From: the human T2T-CHM13v2.0 reference genome, Homo sapiens
Reading direction: 5' to 3' (one strand)
Length of the DNA: 64,000 nucleotides
NCBI RefSeq assembly: GCF_009914755.1
Contig: NC_060926.1
Program-made: the position numbers and the translations under genes
The notes under the pieces: model-generated
Seen by the model: only the letters and a program-made list of their open reading frames with translations
Database searches by the model: none
Told to the model about the DNA's origin: nothing
Shown: one piece after another, positions 1-12,510 of the stretch
How positions within the stretch are numbered: position 1 is the first letter of the stretch
Layout: each line of letters opens with the position of its first letter

Positions 1-954
1 TTTCTTGTTCTAACTTTGTCTTCCCTCATTCTGTACAGTTTATATTCTTAATATGAAGCTGTTTCTTCTGGCTTCCTTCAAAGAATATCTTTTCCAATGA
101 GGCCGAATCTCAATACTGAAACCTCCAATTTTGCAAGCATTTATGTTGATGCCTAGAAAGTACCTTACTTTAAGAATTCCCTTGAACCCTGAAACTCCCC
201 TCCCGTTATACTTCTGGAGTCAAAATTTTTTGACCTAATGAGTTTTCATGGCCCTACATTGTGTTGGTGGCAAGGTGTTTTTCCAGGTTATCCCTCCTTC
301 TCCTCTTCTCATCCCAGAAACTGCTAGTATATATGCCTTGCACCTAAGTCTTGAATAATTCATTCAACAACATCAAAAGCTCGTATTTCTTGAGCAAGGA
401 TTCTATATGAGGCAGTGTGCTCCAACAAGGGGATAGACAGGGAGGAATGAAATATACAAGAAGATTGCTGTCTAATTATGACAAGGAATTCTTTGACAAG
501 GGAGAAAACCTTTCTTTTCTGCAGTAAGAGATCATGTTCAAAATGCAAGTAATCCTTAGGAAAAGAAACTCGACGTTCACAAATTTACTTCTGTTATAAA
601 GGCATTCTGGCTCAGGAATGAGAAGGAAACCATGAAAACAGAAAAACAAACAATAAACAGCAACAACAGGGGAAAAAAAACCCTTGAAAAGTTAGTTATT
701 TTTCATGAGATAGTTCTGGTCTTCACATATTTATGCTCTTTGTTTTCTTTTAAAAAATACACTGAAAAGGATGACTAGGGAAAAGAAAAGTTTGCAGAGA
801 TTTTTGTTTCCTTAGTAGCATGAACTGGTCTAACAAATTGGAAGTATTTTCCAATTGTCTCTCAAATCCAAGCATTCATGAACTGTTTCAACTTTAGACT
901 GACTTGAGCCATTAGCGAGTTTTATGTTTTCAGATCAGTCTGTTGTGACCATCT

Positions 955-1395
955 ATTTATTCATTTATTCAACAATTTTTTATTAATTATCCAGGATGTG
1001 CTAGCTCCTGTTCTGGGTTCGGGAATACAGTGACCAAGATGGACAAAGTGCTTATTTTCATGCAAATAAGCAAACAAATACTAAAGTATCTGGGACTGAA
1101 GAGTGCTAAGAAGAATAGAGTAAACAGGTATATTTGCTCTTAAGGTGTTCTGGGACAGCCTTTTAAAGGAGGTGACATAAGAGCAGAGACTAGAATGGCA
1201 ATGAGAGGGTAAACTCCATGAGTGACTTGGGAAGAGTGTCCCATGCAGAAGAAATCACTCATAAAAAAATTCCAAAGCAAAGGTAATGACATGCACTGAT
1301 TCTTGTCTTAAAATGGTTTATCTGGCTTCTGTGTGAATAATGCACTAGTGTGGAAAAGCAAGACAGAAGCAAAGGCACCATTAGGAGACAATGCA
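955..1395 (-). mobile_element. L2 LINE 3' fragment
   Basis: Starts with the reverse-strand L2 tail pattern TTTATTCATTTATTCAACAA..., followed by degenerate L2-like sequence (GGAGGTGACA..GAGCAGAGAC). Confidence 0.65.
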
Positions 1396-2019
1396 TCTTT
1401 AGCTCTCTGATTCAAAGCTATTCTAAGTCCTGAATGTTCATTATCATCTTGGCACTTAAGTAGAATGCATTTTTCTTATCTATGCACTATAATCCATTCT
1501 CAGGAATGCATATGTTCCATGTATGTTATCTCAATGTTAAGCCTTAAAGCTCAATGACAATATCTTGTTTTGGGAACACGAATACTTCAATTTGATAGTG
1601 TTGAGCCTTCAATGATTGAATCTTGCAGTGCTTACTGGAAACTGCATTGGTTGCTCTACGCTTGTTGTTTGTATTTCTACATGGAAAGGGTAACTCTAGC
1701 ATGACCTTCCTCCCGTTGCCAAGAATTAAATCTCAGCTTTTCCAAGGATCATCAAGACTACCTTGCCACTGATACAGCTTTTTGGCATTTGTGGAAAGCT
1801 GATTTTTTTTTTTAATTAAGAGAATGCCTGAAGATATTTACCCTTTCCAACTAAAAAGCCTTGGGTAAGGACATAAAAACTACATTCATGCCCATTTTCT
1901 TATGGAGAGCAAGCATATGCCTTCTTCATTTAAATGGCAGAATGGTAAACACAGAGAAAACACATTAGTTACTGTTAGCACTTGCATAAAAATTAGCAAA
2001 TTTAGGTTATATTTGAAAA

Positions 2020-2146
2020 TTATATATATGTACTTATACGTACACATATATACATATATGTATGTACACATATATACATATATGTACGTATACATATACG
2101 TACACATATATATAATGTATATATATGTATGTGTGTATATATATAC
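2020..2146. repeat. Compound (TA)n/(TACA)n/(TACG) microsatellite
   Basis: ~125 bp of near-continuous purine-pyrimidine alternation; explains ORFs 1886..2239 and 1902..2174. Confidence 0.95.
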
Positions 2147-4317
2147 TGTTTTAATCATCACTCCCCCAATATAAAGTCTCATTGCAGCTTGATGGAAATA
2201 TCTAAAAATAGATATCATTTGCGTAAAAATCAGTTGCAATGAATTAGCTGTAAGCTTAGAAATCTTAAACAGAAATGTAATAAAGCAAAAGTGATGTTAT
2301 TCTGCTTTCACAAAGATGTTATTTTCTATAAGTCTTCAATGTATTGGTAATAAATGACTAAACTTAGTTTCTTCAATTTTACTTTGATACATTGCTTTGA
2401 CTTTAGACATTATGGGCTTTGACCTACATACCATGAAAAAGATTTAGCTTACCATATCACCATTAGTAGGGATATTTAAATCTAATGTTGACAAATCATT
2501 CATTATATAATATGTCACATTCCCTCATATGTAACTATGTATAAGAATGTTAACACTTTATACATATATTTATTTTTACTAATGAAAGAAGATCATAAAT
2601 GTGAAGATTATATCCTTGAGCAGCAGGTTCATTTATGGAAAAAACTTCGCTTGACATTTCAAAAATATGAATGTTATTACTTTATATCATTCACGTTATA
2701 ATTAATATTAATAATTTAATAAAAATTTGTATCAACATATTTTCTACCTTACATAGACAAACATGTGCTTTCTTACTGCAGGCATTCTATTTCAAATGCT
2801 GTTCTTAAAAGTGGATAAAACCGAGGGATTAATGATGTTTGAGGTGAAAGGTGGGTAGCTTATTAGCTTCCAGAGTTTATGTATGGCTCTTCATGATTCG
2901 AGACTAATCTAGTGATGGGGATGCATGTTGCCCTGGAACTTGGCCATTGGCATGCTGCTTGACTTAAATACTTCCTTTTGGTCATTATTCTCATTAGCTT
3001 GGAATATGTAGCAAATGAATTACAGCTATGTTTTACTTCTGCTGCTCACAATTGAGGTCAGATAGCAGGAATCCTTCAGTGCACCTTTAGGGAATCTTTG
3101 TATCATTTAATGAGATTGTCAACAACATTTTGCAGTAAGTAGTTGGCTGTAGAAAATAATTTTCAGAATTCTGGCTTTCTTAATTCACATCACAAGATCA
3201 ATTCAGGAAACCCATACTGTATCAGAATCAAATTATTTCTGCTGACTTGACTTTTTTCAGATTCTAGAAAACATCATCTTAGTTAAGGCACATATGTAAA
3301 ACTAGATGTATTAAAGAGATAAAATAATCCTGTATCTATTGAGCACCTGCTATATGGCATGAGTTGAGATAGCTGGTTACATCCAACAGTAAATATTTAG
3401 TAGGCACGGTAAATGCACTTGTTATTGGTCCTCCCATTGCTGTGTTATTAACAATTCATAATCAACTAACCTGATGGTGCAATATCCAGCAGTAAAGTTA
3501 TTTCAGTTTCAAGAAGAGAGTTGTTAGAGAGGAGATAATTAAAATAAGGCACAAATCAGAGCCAAGGAGCTTGGCAGGATAGTGGATTCTATCTGTTGTC
3601 TTCTGGGAAACATTTTTCTATGCTGATGAACCAACATAGAGTGACACCCTGATGTTTTTCACACACCATAATGCTCCATTTGTGCTCTGTTTCCCTATGA
3701 GAAAAGTGAATCCAAAAAGTTGTTACTGCATAGGTTATATGGCCCCTGCTACAATGACTGAGTAAAACCACCCCTTCCATCCTGGTCACCATGTGTATGA
3801 TGTATCCTGGACAAGGTAGATAGCATCAATGTCTGAGGCATCAGGGACTGAATTCTACTCAATAAGCTTCCTTTATATTGGCCTGTGAGAATCCAATTCC
3901 AGTCAACTCTTCTCTTGATGAAAACAGTTGTAGGTAAACAGCCAGGAGGCAGAACAATAATCATGAAGCATAGCAGTACTGAGTTCCTCTTCCGGCTGCA
4001 GTCTTAAAACACTGGGTTCTGGGTGCTGGAAGAGATGCTGACATAGTTTTATTCTACATATCATTGTGGTGATCTCCTCTGTCATATAAAGAAATTGATA
4101 CATTTTTGCAAGTTACATACAGTTGATAGCTATGCCATTTTGTTGCACATTTTTCTAGACAAGCCTACACAATGTGTATGTTGTACATTTAACTCAGCAA
4201 AGTGAATATTAACAGAAACTCAAATAATTGAACATGTGTTTTAGCAAGATACTATTTATCTTTAGAATCACATTCCCATTAAAACCTCTTTAAATTGGAC
4301 AGGGCAGTGTCACATTT

Positions 4318-4740
4318 GCCATTTTTTTGCAGATGAAAAAACTGAAAATCAGCCGGGCGTGTTGGCTCACGCCTGTAATCTCAGCACTTTGGGAGGCCGA
4401 GGTGGGTGGATCACCTGATCTCAGGAGTTTGAGACCAACATGGGCAACATGGTGAAACCCCGTGTCCACTAAAATACAAAAAATTAGCTGGGCGTGGTGG
4501 TGTGTGCCTGTAGTCCCAGCTACTCGGTAGGCTGAGGCATGAGAATCAATTGAGCCCAGGAGGCAGAGGTTGCAGTGAACCAAGATCACGCCACTGAACT
4601 CCAGCTTGGGATATTGAGTGAGACTCTATCTCAACAAATAATAATGATAATAATAATAATACAATTAAAAAACCTGAAAATCAGAGATGTTGAATGACTT
4701 TCCTAAAGTCATAGTGATTAAGAGACAAATGTCAGATATA
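4318..4740 (-). mobile_element. MIR core split by the Alu at 4351
   Basis: Removing the Alu and one TSD copy restores CATTTT..CAGATGAAAAAACTGAAAATCAGAGATGTTGAATGACTTTCCTAAAGTCATAG, the reverse MIR core. Confidence 0.8.
4351..4665 (+). mobile_element. AluS (Sx/Sz-like), full length, (TAA)n tail
   Basis: Dimeric Alu GCCGGGCGTGTTGGCTCAC...GAGACTCTATCTC; TSD AAAAAACTGAAAATC / AAAAAACCTGAAAATC. Confidence 0.97.
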
Positions 4741-5289
4741 AGGATACACTTTTCTTACGGCCCTTAAATCAGTGACTGGTTGTGTGGGAGTCCTTAGGAC
4801 CTTCTTAACTCTTTGGCTTTACGATGTTGTCGTCTGAAGCTGCTCAAGTTTCCTTCTACCTGTATGTTGCTGGAGGTGTGCAGGCTCTACTCCACTCATT
4901 TCTCGTTTTATAACTCATTTCTCAGCCAAACAGCACCACATCTGTCACCAGGGGAGGCTATGGAAGCAAGCACGCACATTAGACATTTGAGGAACTGTCC
5001 AAATGCTGACATTCCCATTTTTAGAGTGCACACAGAACAGAGAAGATTTGATTCGGTAACTAGTCTGCCATTTCACATGATTTAATCACCTGGGAATATA
5101 TTTAAATTCAAATACTGAGAGAGAGACGAGTCCAGGGGGTGGGTGCTTTTCCAAAGTGTCCATTAAGTAGCAAAATGAGACAAGAGGGCAATAGAGAGAT
5201 GATATTTCCAGGGTAACTAGAGGAAGTCTGACAGAGCCCATTAAAAGATAGTGCACATTAGCTTCTTGAACCAGAAAGTGACAGACACT

Positions 5290-6735
5290 TGAAGAATCCT
5301 GGGCATGTTGAGAGGAAACAGGAGCCAGCTTGTAAGCACTTGCATTGATTAAATCTGAGACAATTGGGCCCTCAAAATAATGCTAGTAAAGGATTATAAT
5401 CTAATGAATAAAACAACAATTCCTGAGTCCATAAAAATATAAATAAATAACAATAATAAATAAATGAAGAAGGAAAAATGTTCTCTTACAGTGGAGTGCT
5501 ATCAATCTAATAGTTATAGAAGAAAGGATGGAATTAGAAAATTAGTCATTGATGCTAAAATTAGCGTATGAGTTTGAGGAGAGACAGATGTATTTACATC
5601 ATCTCAACCAAAAATTAATATCTCTTCATACATTACATTAATTACAAAGGGAAAATAGTGATCTTATAGTGAAGGACACCAATTAACCAAGTGATTAAAA
5701 CTAATATCACCAATATACCAATATAGGGATGAATGAACATCATGTACCTACTACTATGTCACATTGAGATAGACACAAATTCACTTATGTCATACTTCTG
5801 TCAAAATGTATAATCCAAATCTCATTACAAGTAAATACCAGACCAAAACCAAGGGCAATTCTGCTAAATAATTGACATGTGTTTGTCGAAATAGCCCAGG
5901 TCAGAAAAAAAAAAAAAGCTACGTAACTGTCCCAGATTAAAGAAAACCAAGTAAAAGTCATGTATAATCCTGGACTAGGCTGTGACCAGAGAAACATAAT
6001 TAAGAAGATCAATAAAGATCAATAGTGAAATTGATGATATTTAAATGTAGACTGTGGGTTAGATAAGAGTATTGCATCAATTCTTAGTTTTCTGAGGTTG
6101 ATAACTGTACCATGATTATTTAAGAGTATATTTTTATTGTTTGCAGATACTGAAGTATTTAGAAGTAAATAGACATTATATTTTGAACTTACTGTCAAAC
6201 AGATTAGAAATAATATACATATGCGAGACAAGGACAGAGAATAAAACCAGTGGGTCAGAATATAAATGACTGGTCAATCTGATCAAAATCTATACATGAG
6301 CTCCTTATACAATTTTTTATCAGAATACATATATTTGCACATATTAAGTTTATATGTGTATATCATGTATATATTATATATGTATTGTTAAAAGTTATTA
6401 CATATATTAAAATATATGTATATATTAAAAGTTTTAAATGTCGTACATATATATGTATAATATATACATATTAAATATACACATTTTAAAGCCATACATA
6501 GAATATATGTGAAATTGATAATATTTGAATGTAGATTGTGGGTTAGATGTACATACAGAGGATATATGTATGACTTTAAAAATCTTTTAATTTTGAAAGC
6601 ACTGTAGATGCGTATGCAATTTTAAGAAATAATACAGCCAGATCTTGCATATTCTTCACCCAGTTTTCCCTGATGGTAACGACTTGCAACTTTTCTGTAA
6701 GTTTGAAATTATATCAAAATCAAAAATTACAAAAA
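5290..6735 (+). mobile_element. Old L1 (L1MC4/L1ME-like) 3' UTR, interrupted at ~6320-6685
   Basis: L1MC/ME 3' motifs (GGGAAAATAGT..CTTATAGTG; GATAACTGTACCATGATT); terminus TTGCAACTTTTCTGTAAGTTTGAAATTAT at ~6684-6735. Confidence 0.7.
6583..6690 (-). mobile_element. Short L1MC/L1MD 3'-end fragment
   Basis: TAAGAAATAATACAG..AGATC..CCCAGTTTTCCC..ATGGTAAC..CTTGCAA matches the reverse L1MC/MD terminus. Confidence 0.7.
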
Positions 6736-6929
6736 TTAGGTACATTGTGTTTCTGAGTCAGTTCCATTACAGTAAGAGATTAAATACTTCAAGTATGTGG
6801 ATGAGTTACAGCACTTCTGAGAAGAGATGCAAATAGGAAAGTGAACTAAGGGATGAATAAACTTTGGTCAGTGGGTCAGGCAGACAGGAAAGTTTGTGTT
6901 AAGACAGTTTGTAGAACACAGCTTATAAT

Positions 6930-7105
6930 GAGCGACCATATTCATGTCCCAATAACTGAAACTATCAAGACACATTTTCTTCAGTCGTAAAATAGGAGCA
7001 CAATAACTAACTCACAAGGGTTTTTGTAGATTGTATAATATAGTGGATATTCAGCAATTGGGATTGTGCCTGACATAGAAAATGCTCGATGGATATTGCC
7101 CATTT
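6930..7105 (+). mobile_element. MIR
   Basis: Core GTAAAATAGG..ATAACTAACTCACAAGG and 3' GTGCCTGACATAG..ATGCTC. Confidence 0.7.
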
Positions 7106-8019
7106 AATACCCACACCCACTGGCTTTCCCAGATTTTTCTCTTTATGTCAAGTGTAAAATTTCTCTAATTCTACCTCAAGGACATGCAGCCTCGAGCCTG
7201 TGAAAGCCTATTTCTGAGACCAGGCTACTGTTTCATGACCCATAAGATACAGCTCTTATTATAACCCTGAAGGAAAGAAACATAACGCTTGAGCATTAGG
7301 ATAATAATGAACACTTTTCTTCCCATTTCAGAATTATTCAAATGTATAGTCAATGGATCCCAGTGGAAGCATATTTTTCTCTAATTTCTGCCTGAAGACT
7401 TTGTACCGCGTTTCTCCTTTAGAACAAACATGGGAAAGTGTTCTGGGAAAAGGAGTATTTTAGTGAATCAATAAGTAGAATGTTTTCTTTAAAAGGGTTA
7501 CAAATTCTTTCCATGTTTTTTTTCCTTAGAAACATGGGTGCGCATGTTTAGAATCTAATCAGCCAAATTAATAGACTCCGGTGGCAAAGAAGGGAATTGA
7601 GAACTAAGATTTTGGCCTTTTTATATTACTTCAAAAATGGGCATTTCTGTTGCTTGGAGATGTTTTAATTTTATTATTAAAATGTAGTGAGTGCTAGTAC
7701 TGTGCGAAAAACTAAGGGGGTTGCCTTTGAGGTGTAGAAAAGCACTCCATCACAAGTCATGCTGTGTGTAAGATATATTGCATATTCAAAAATCATTTAA
7801 ATGCAGTGTGATTTAAAAGAATAATGAGTGAATTAAAATGTACGATATAGATAATAAGAAATTTCACTGGGGCAAATAGTGAATACAACAGAATTCAGGA
7901 TCTTAGTGGAAAGGGAAGAAGTGAAGATTAGAGGTTTCAGAGACATACTGTATTAGTGCTATCTCCAGCCTCCTGGGTATTTTAATCTATGCTACCTCCA
8001 GTTGTTTCAAGCATTGAAA

Positions 8020-8157
8020 TTTTTCCAAAACAAAGTAATGATAAATGTTTGAGGTGATGGATATCTCAATTACTCAGACTTGGTCATGACACATTGTATG
8101 CTTGTATCAAAATATATAGCCCATAAAACTATTATGTGTCCATAAAATTTAAAAAGA
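8020..8157 (+). mobile_element. L1MA 3'-end fragment
   Basis: ATGATAAATGTTTGAGGTGATGGATAT..CAATTAC..GTATCAAAAT plus A-rich end. Confidence 0.85.
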
Positions 8158-8449
8158 GAAGAGAAATTATATCTGTAATAATTAAGTCATTTATTCAAAT
8201 AATTTAGAGTGTGATTTTATAAAGGGGTGCTTATCCCTGGGTTTTGAGCAAGGTTGGCAAGCCTGTTGTTGCGTAAACAGCATCACTTACAATTATGCCC
8301 TCTCTATTGTGAAAACTGCCTGGTAGAATTTGCCACTAATGTCAATCAATTCCAACCACTAGTCAGTCAAGTAGCATGGGGAAAATAAAACTCAGTCATG
8401 CATTTAATAAATATTTGCTGAATCAAATTGGCAGTTTCAGGAGAGACGG

Positions 8450-8620
8450 AATGTAACATGGAAATAAAGCTAGGCTTCTAGCCAGACAATTGGAGTTTAA
8501 ATTCTACTCTCTCACTTTCAAAATATGTGACCTTGTTTATTCATCTGTAAAATGGGAGCAGTAATGCCTCCAGAAACCATCACACAGAACTGTTAAGGTG
8601 AAATTAAATGCATACAAGTT
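8450..8620 (+). mobile_element. MIR
   Basis: TGTGACCTTG..TCATCTGTAAAATGGG core. Confidence 0.75.
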
Positions 8621-10841
8621 TACTTTCTAATTTTTTAAAAAGTGTGTGTCTTCCTTTCTTTTCAGCAAAATAATATGAATCATGATTGCCATTACTAAAT
8701 CTGCTTATTTTTTACTTTTACTGTGTATTTTTAGGTTACCTGATGTTTGTGACCAATACAAAAGTCAGAACAAGGCATAAAAGAAACGACACAATTATTT
8801 TTAAGAAAAGGGCTGTATGCATTCCCAACTCCACTTAGATTGTCATTTAAGGCTGAGGGCAAGATAGACCACAGAGGAAATCGTTCCAAGGTGCAATGTG
8901 TCCTGCGGCTACGTTCATAGAGCTCATAAAGTTAAAACCCCTTCCAATAAAGAATCTCTAGGAGGCCTTGTCTGTATAACGTTGCAGTAGCTACTGCTAC
9001 TTGGGTCAAGTGAAAGCAATTGCCCTATCCTAGCTATTATTTCCTGAACCAAAGTCAGTTGTGTTTGGGCTGGCTACAAAAAGGCTAAATTTCTTTTAAA
9101 TGAAAGATTACTATAATGTAAGCTAAAAGAAGGTACAGTGTATTTCAAAAAAACAAAGTAAACTCAGAACTGAGGACAGTGTTTGACACATGATAGGTTG
9201 TTGAATTATTACAGAAAAAAAAACCACTTTGCGTGAAAAATTCTAATCAATAGGGTGATCAATACTGAAAAGTGACAAATGGATCCCAAAAGATCCTTTC
9301 TTTGAAGGTCTGAATATTAGGTGACTCATGACAGAACACTCAATATCATACTATTTTTTAGTTGATACCTCTATTTTTTTTTTTTACTGAGGATATACAT
9401 TCTCCTGACATAAACTATTCCATTGTATCTATAAAATAATCTCTTTACTAGTGTAACTCAGGAGTATTTTGTCCTTGCAAATTTCAAGAGCCTAATTATT
9501 ACAAAGAGAAAAATAAATTTTCCCTTGGGTACTCAGTCTAGACATATTATTTTGTGCCACCTTTCAATACCTTTCGTACTATTGCAACATAAAGCATTTT
9601 GTATAAACCTATGCACATGCAATTTGCAGAGGGCATTAGCAGAATGCTCGCACTGGACAAGTGAGGCCCTCACTAATTTTTTTCTTCCAAACAGAAGTGA
9701 TAATGCCAGAAGTGGCCCAAACAATGGAAATAGTACCAATGAGTTCTCTTATGAAAACTAAAATTCTCTGTACTGTAAATCCTGGGTTTGGTAACAAAAT
9801 AGTCTGTAACAAAACAAAAAAGATCTTTTATAAAAGTAAGTGATCTTCTGAGTGGAGTAGTGATAAAAGGAGAATTACAGAATCAGGACTAGGAAACAGG
9901 AGTAAAAATCCAAGTATAAACTACTTCATATAGTTAATACAAGATTCACAATGCAATTATTTCTGGATGTCACTTGACTTTGAAAATGCCTGTATACTCT
10001 CAAGTTATGTATTTGGCAAACCGTGTATGATTCACATCACATTCAGTAGTGTGTGCTTACCCATTTTCAACTAAAACTTTGCCATCTTAATATTGGTATT
10101 TAGGTTCTAATTTAAGGAGAGACATAAGACCAAGGGTGCCCAACAGAAAACTGTAATTACAATGTATATTCCAATATTGAGCAGCCCAGAAATCAGTACC
10201 TTTAAAAAGAGTCATGTAGATTGGGCCCTCTCTTGCTTGAAAAGGCAACATTTTCCACAGACACAGAGTATACAAATGCTCCCCCTCCAAGCCCTCCTCC
10301 TTCCTGTTATCAAAATCTACTTATCTAAGTTCTGACACACATCCCATTTTCTCCCTGAAGCCTTCCTAAGCTATTGTGAAGCATGTAATCATTTTATGTA
10401 CTGAATTGCCATAAGTACTATTAGTTACATTACTTTTTGGTTATTTTATTAACACATTCTTCTTCTTCTTACTATTATTACTGGTCTTCTCAGAGAAGGC
10501 AAGTTATTTGTTTTATTTTGGATGGAGGAGGGCATGCCTTATTTAATGTTTAGCAGAGAAGAAAGCTTAAAATAAGGGATGGATAAGAAGTCACTGGATG
10601 AACAGAAAGAGAAGAAAATGGCATGATGTGTAGCAAAGTGTTTTCTCTGGCTGAATATAAGTGGGAGACAGGCGATAGACGAATAGATGAAGAGTCAGAG
10701 TTGGCCTCTGAAATTGTGTGGTGAGTCTAGTGCAAACAAAAAGTGCCTATAAAAACTACTGTCTCAGTTCAGCACATGGAACTGAACGAGTCACCTACGG
10801 AGCACAAGGGAGAGATCAAGAGTTCTGTAGGAAGAGGTAGA

Positions 10842-11137
10842 GCCGGACATGGTGGTACGTGCTTGCAGTTCCAGCTACTCAGGAGGCTGAGGCAGGGTGG
10901 ATCCCTTGGGTCCAGGGGTCCAGGATTGTAGTGCGCTATGCTCATCATGTGTCCTCACTAAGTTCAGCATCAATATGTGACCTCCTGGAAGCAGGGGACT
11001 GCTGGATTGCATAAGGAAGCGTGAACTGGCCCAGGTCAGCAATGAAGCAGGTCTGAACTCCCATGCTGATCAGTAGTGGGATGGTGTCTGGGAATAGCCA
11101 CTGCACTCGAGACTGGGGCAACCTAGTGATATCCTGT
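10842..11137 (+). pseudogene. Full-length 7SL (SRP) RNA retropseudogene (RN7SL-P type)
   Basis: Alu-domain 5' end plus S domain (TGTAGTGCGCTATG, CACTAAGTTCAGCATCAATATG, GCTGATCAGTAGTGGGAT, GAATAGCCACTGCACTC); roughly 80% identical by eye, with many CpG transitions. Confidence 0.95.
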
Positions 11138-11597
11138 AAAACATTTTTTTTTAAGAAGTATTAATAGAATGGTTCTCTCTTTGGACTACCAGACCAGAGT
11201 TAAAAGGGCAAAGATGAACACAGTACTTAATTGTGTATCACTTAGTAGCAGCTGCTGTTACACATTGGAGAATTTTCTTTATATTTGTGAAGAGTAATTT
11301 AATAACTGATTCTACAGTAGGCCATTTCAACCTCTCAGGGAATTAATGGTCATACCTGGAAATGCAGGCTTTAAATTATCAGCCTAGATGAATGGAATTA
11401 TCAGAGCAGGCTTCTAGGAGAACACCTATTGAGTTATCCCAACTACTAGCTTTAGTGTCTGTGGTCTGTAAAAGCTGTCCCAAGCTAATAGGCTAGAATG
11501 ATACTCCTCTCCTTTGAACTCCAACCTTTAAAGTTTCTGGAGAAGGTGGTAGACATGTAATGACATATGTTTTACCTTGCAATGTTTTCCCTGTGAG

Positions 11598-12510
11598 ATT
11601 TTTTTTTTTAATGAGACAATGTTCACACAACATCAAATTAATCATTTTAAAGTGAGCTGTTTAATGGCAATTAGTAAGCTCAAAAAATTGTGTTCCCACT
11701 ATATTTATCCACTTTTTAAAAACATTTTCATCATCCCGAAAGGAAACTCTATGCCAATTAAATAGTTGTTCCCCGTTTCTCCTTGCCCCCAGCCCATAGA
11801 ATCCTCCAATCTGTGCTTTATCTCTGTAGATTTATCTGTTCTGGATAGTCTATCTAATGGAGTCATACAAGATACCTGGTTTCTTTTACTTAGCACAGGG
11901 GTTTTGTGGTTCATCCATATTGTAGTATTTTTCAATATTTCATTCCTGTTCATTGCTGGATAATAGTTCACTGTGTATACTATATTTTTATATTTATGCA
12001 TCTGTTGATGGACATTTAGGTTGTTTCTCCTTTTGGTTGCTATGAATGGTGTGGCTATGAATATGAGTGTACACATATTCATTTGAGTAACAGTTTTCAA
12101 TTACATGGATATATACTTAGATGTAGAATTGTGGGGCAATAGAGTAATTCCATATTTTAACTTTTGAGGAATTGCCAAATATTTTTTTATACTGGGTAAA
12201 TAATTTTGCATTTCTACCAACAATATAGGAAGGTTCTAATTTCTCCACATTCTCATTAACACTACTTATTTTCCATTTAAAAATATTATAGCTACTCCTG
12301 TGAGTATGAAGTGGTACCTGATTGTGGTTCTGATTTACACTTTTCTAATGACTAATGATTTGGAACATTGATTATGTGCTATTTGCATAACTTTTCTGGA
12401 GAAATGTCTATTCAAGTCCTTTTCTGATTTTTAATCAGTTTGGTTGCTTTTTGTCGTTGGGTTGTAAGTGTTCTTTACATATTCCAGATGCAAGTTTCTT
12501 ATCAGATACA
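11598..12510 (-). mobile_element. L1MB-type 3' end (ORF2 C-terminus + 3' UTR)
   Basis: Poly-T tail at ~11600; TCTGTTGATGGACATTTAGGTTGTTTC; GAGAAATGTCTATTCAAGTCC; ORF 11705..12100 is L1-like. Confidence 0.9.

Noticed and set aside
1886-2239. 117-aa and 90-aa Tyr/Ile-rich ORFs
   Set aside because: Translation of the TA/CA microsatellite
3589-4103. Three overlapping minus-strand ORFs suggesting a frameshifted pseudogene
   Set aside because: No recognisable protein similarity, poly(A) or TSD
4290-4589. ORFs at 4290, 31304, 34246, 61309 and 61376
   Set aside because: Standard antisense-Alu peptides
10842-11137. Functional SRP RNA gene
   Set aside because: Heavy CpG decay and mutated helix 6/8 loops; called a pseudogene
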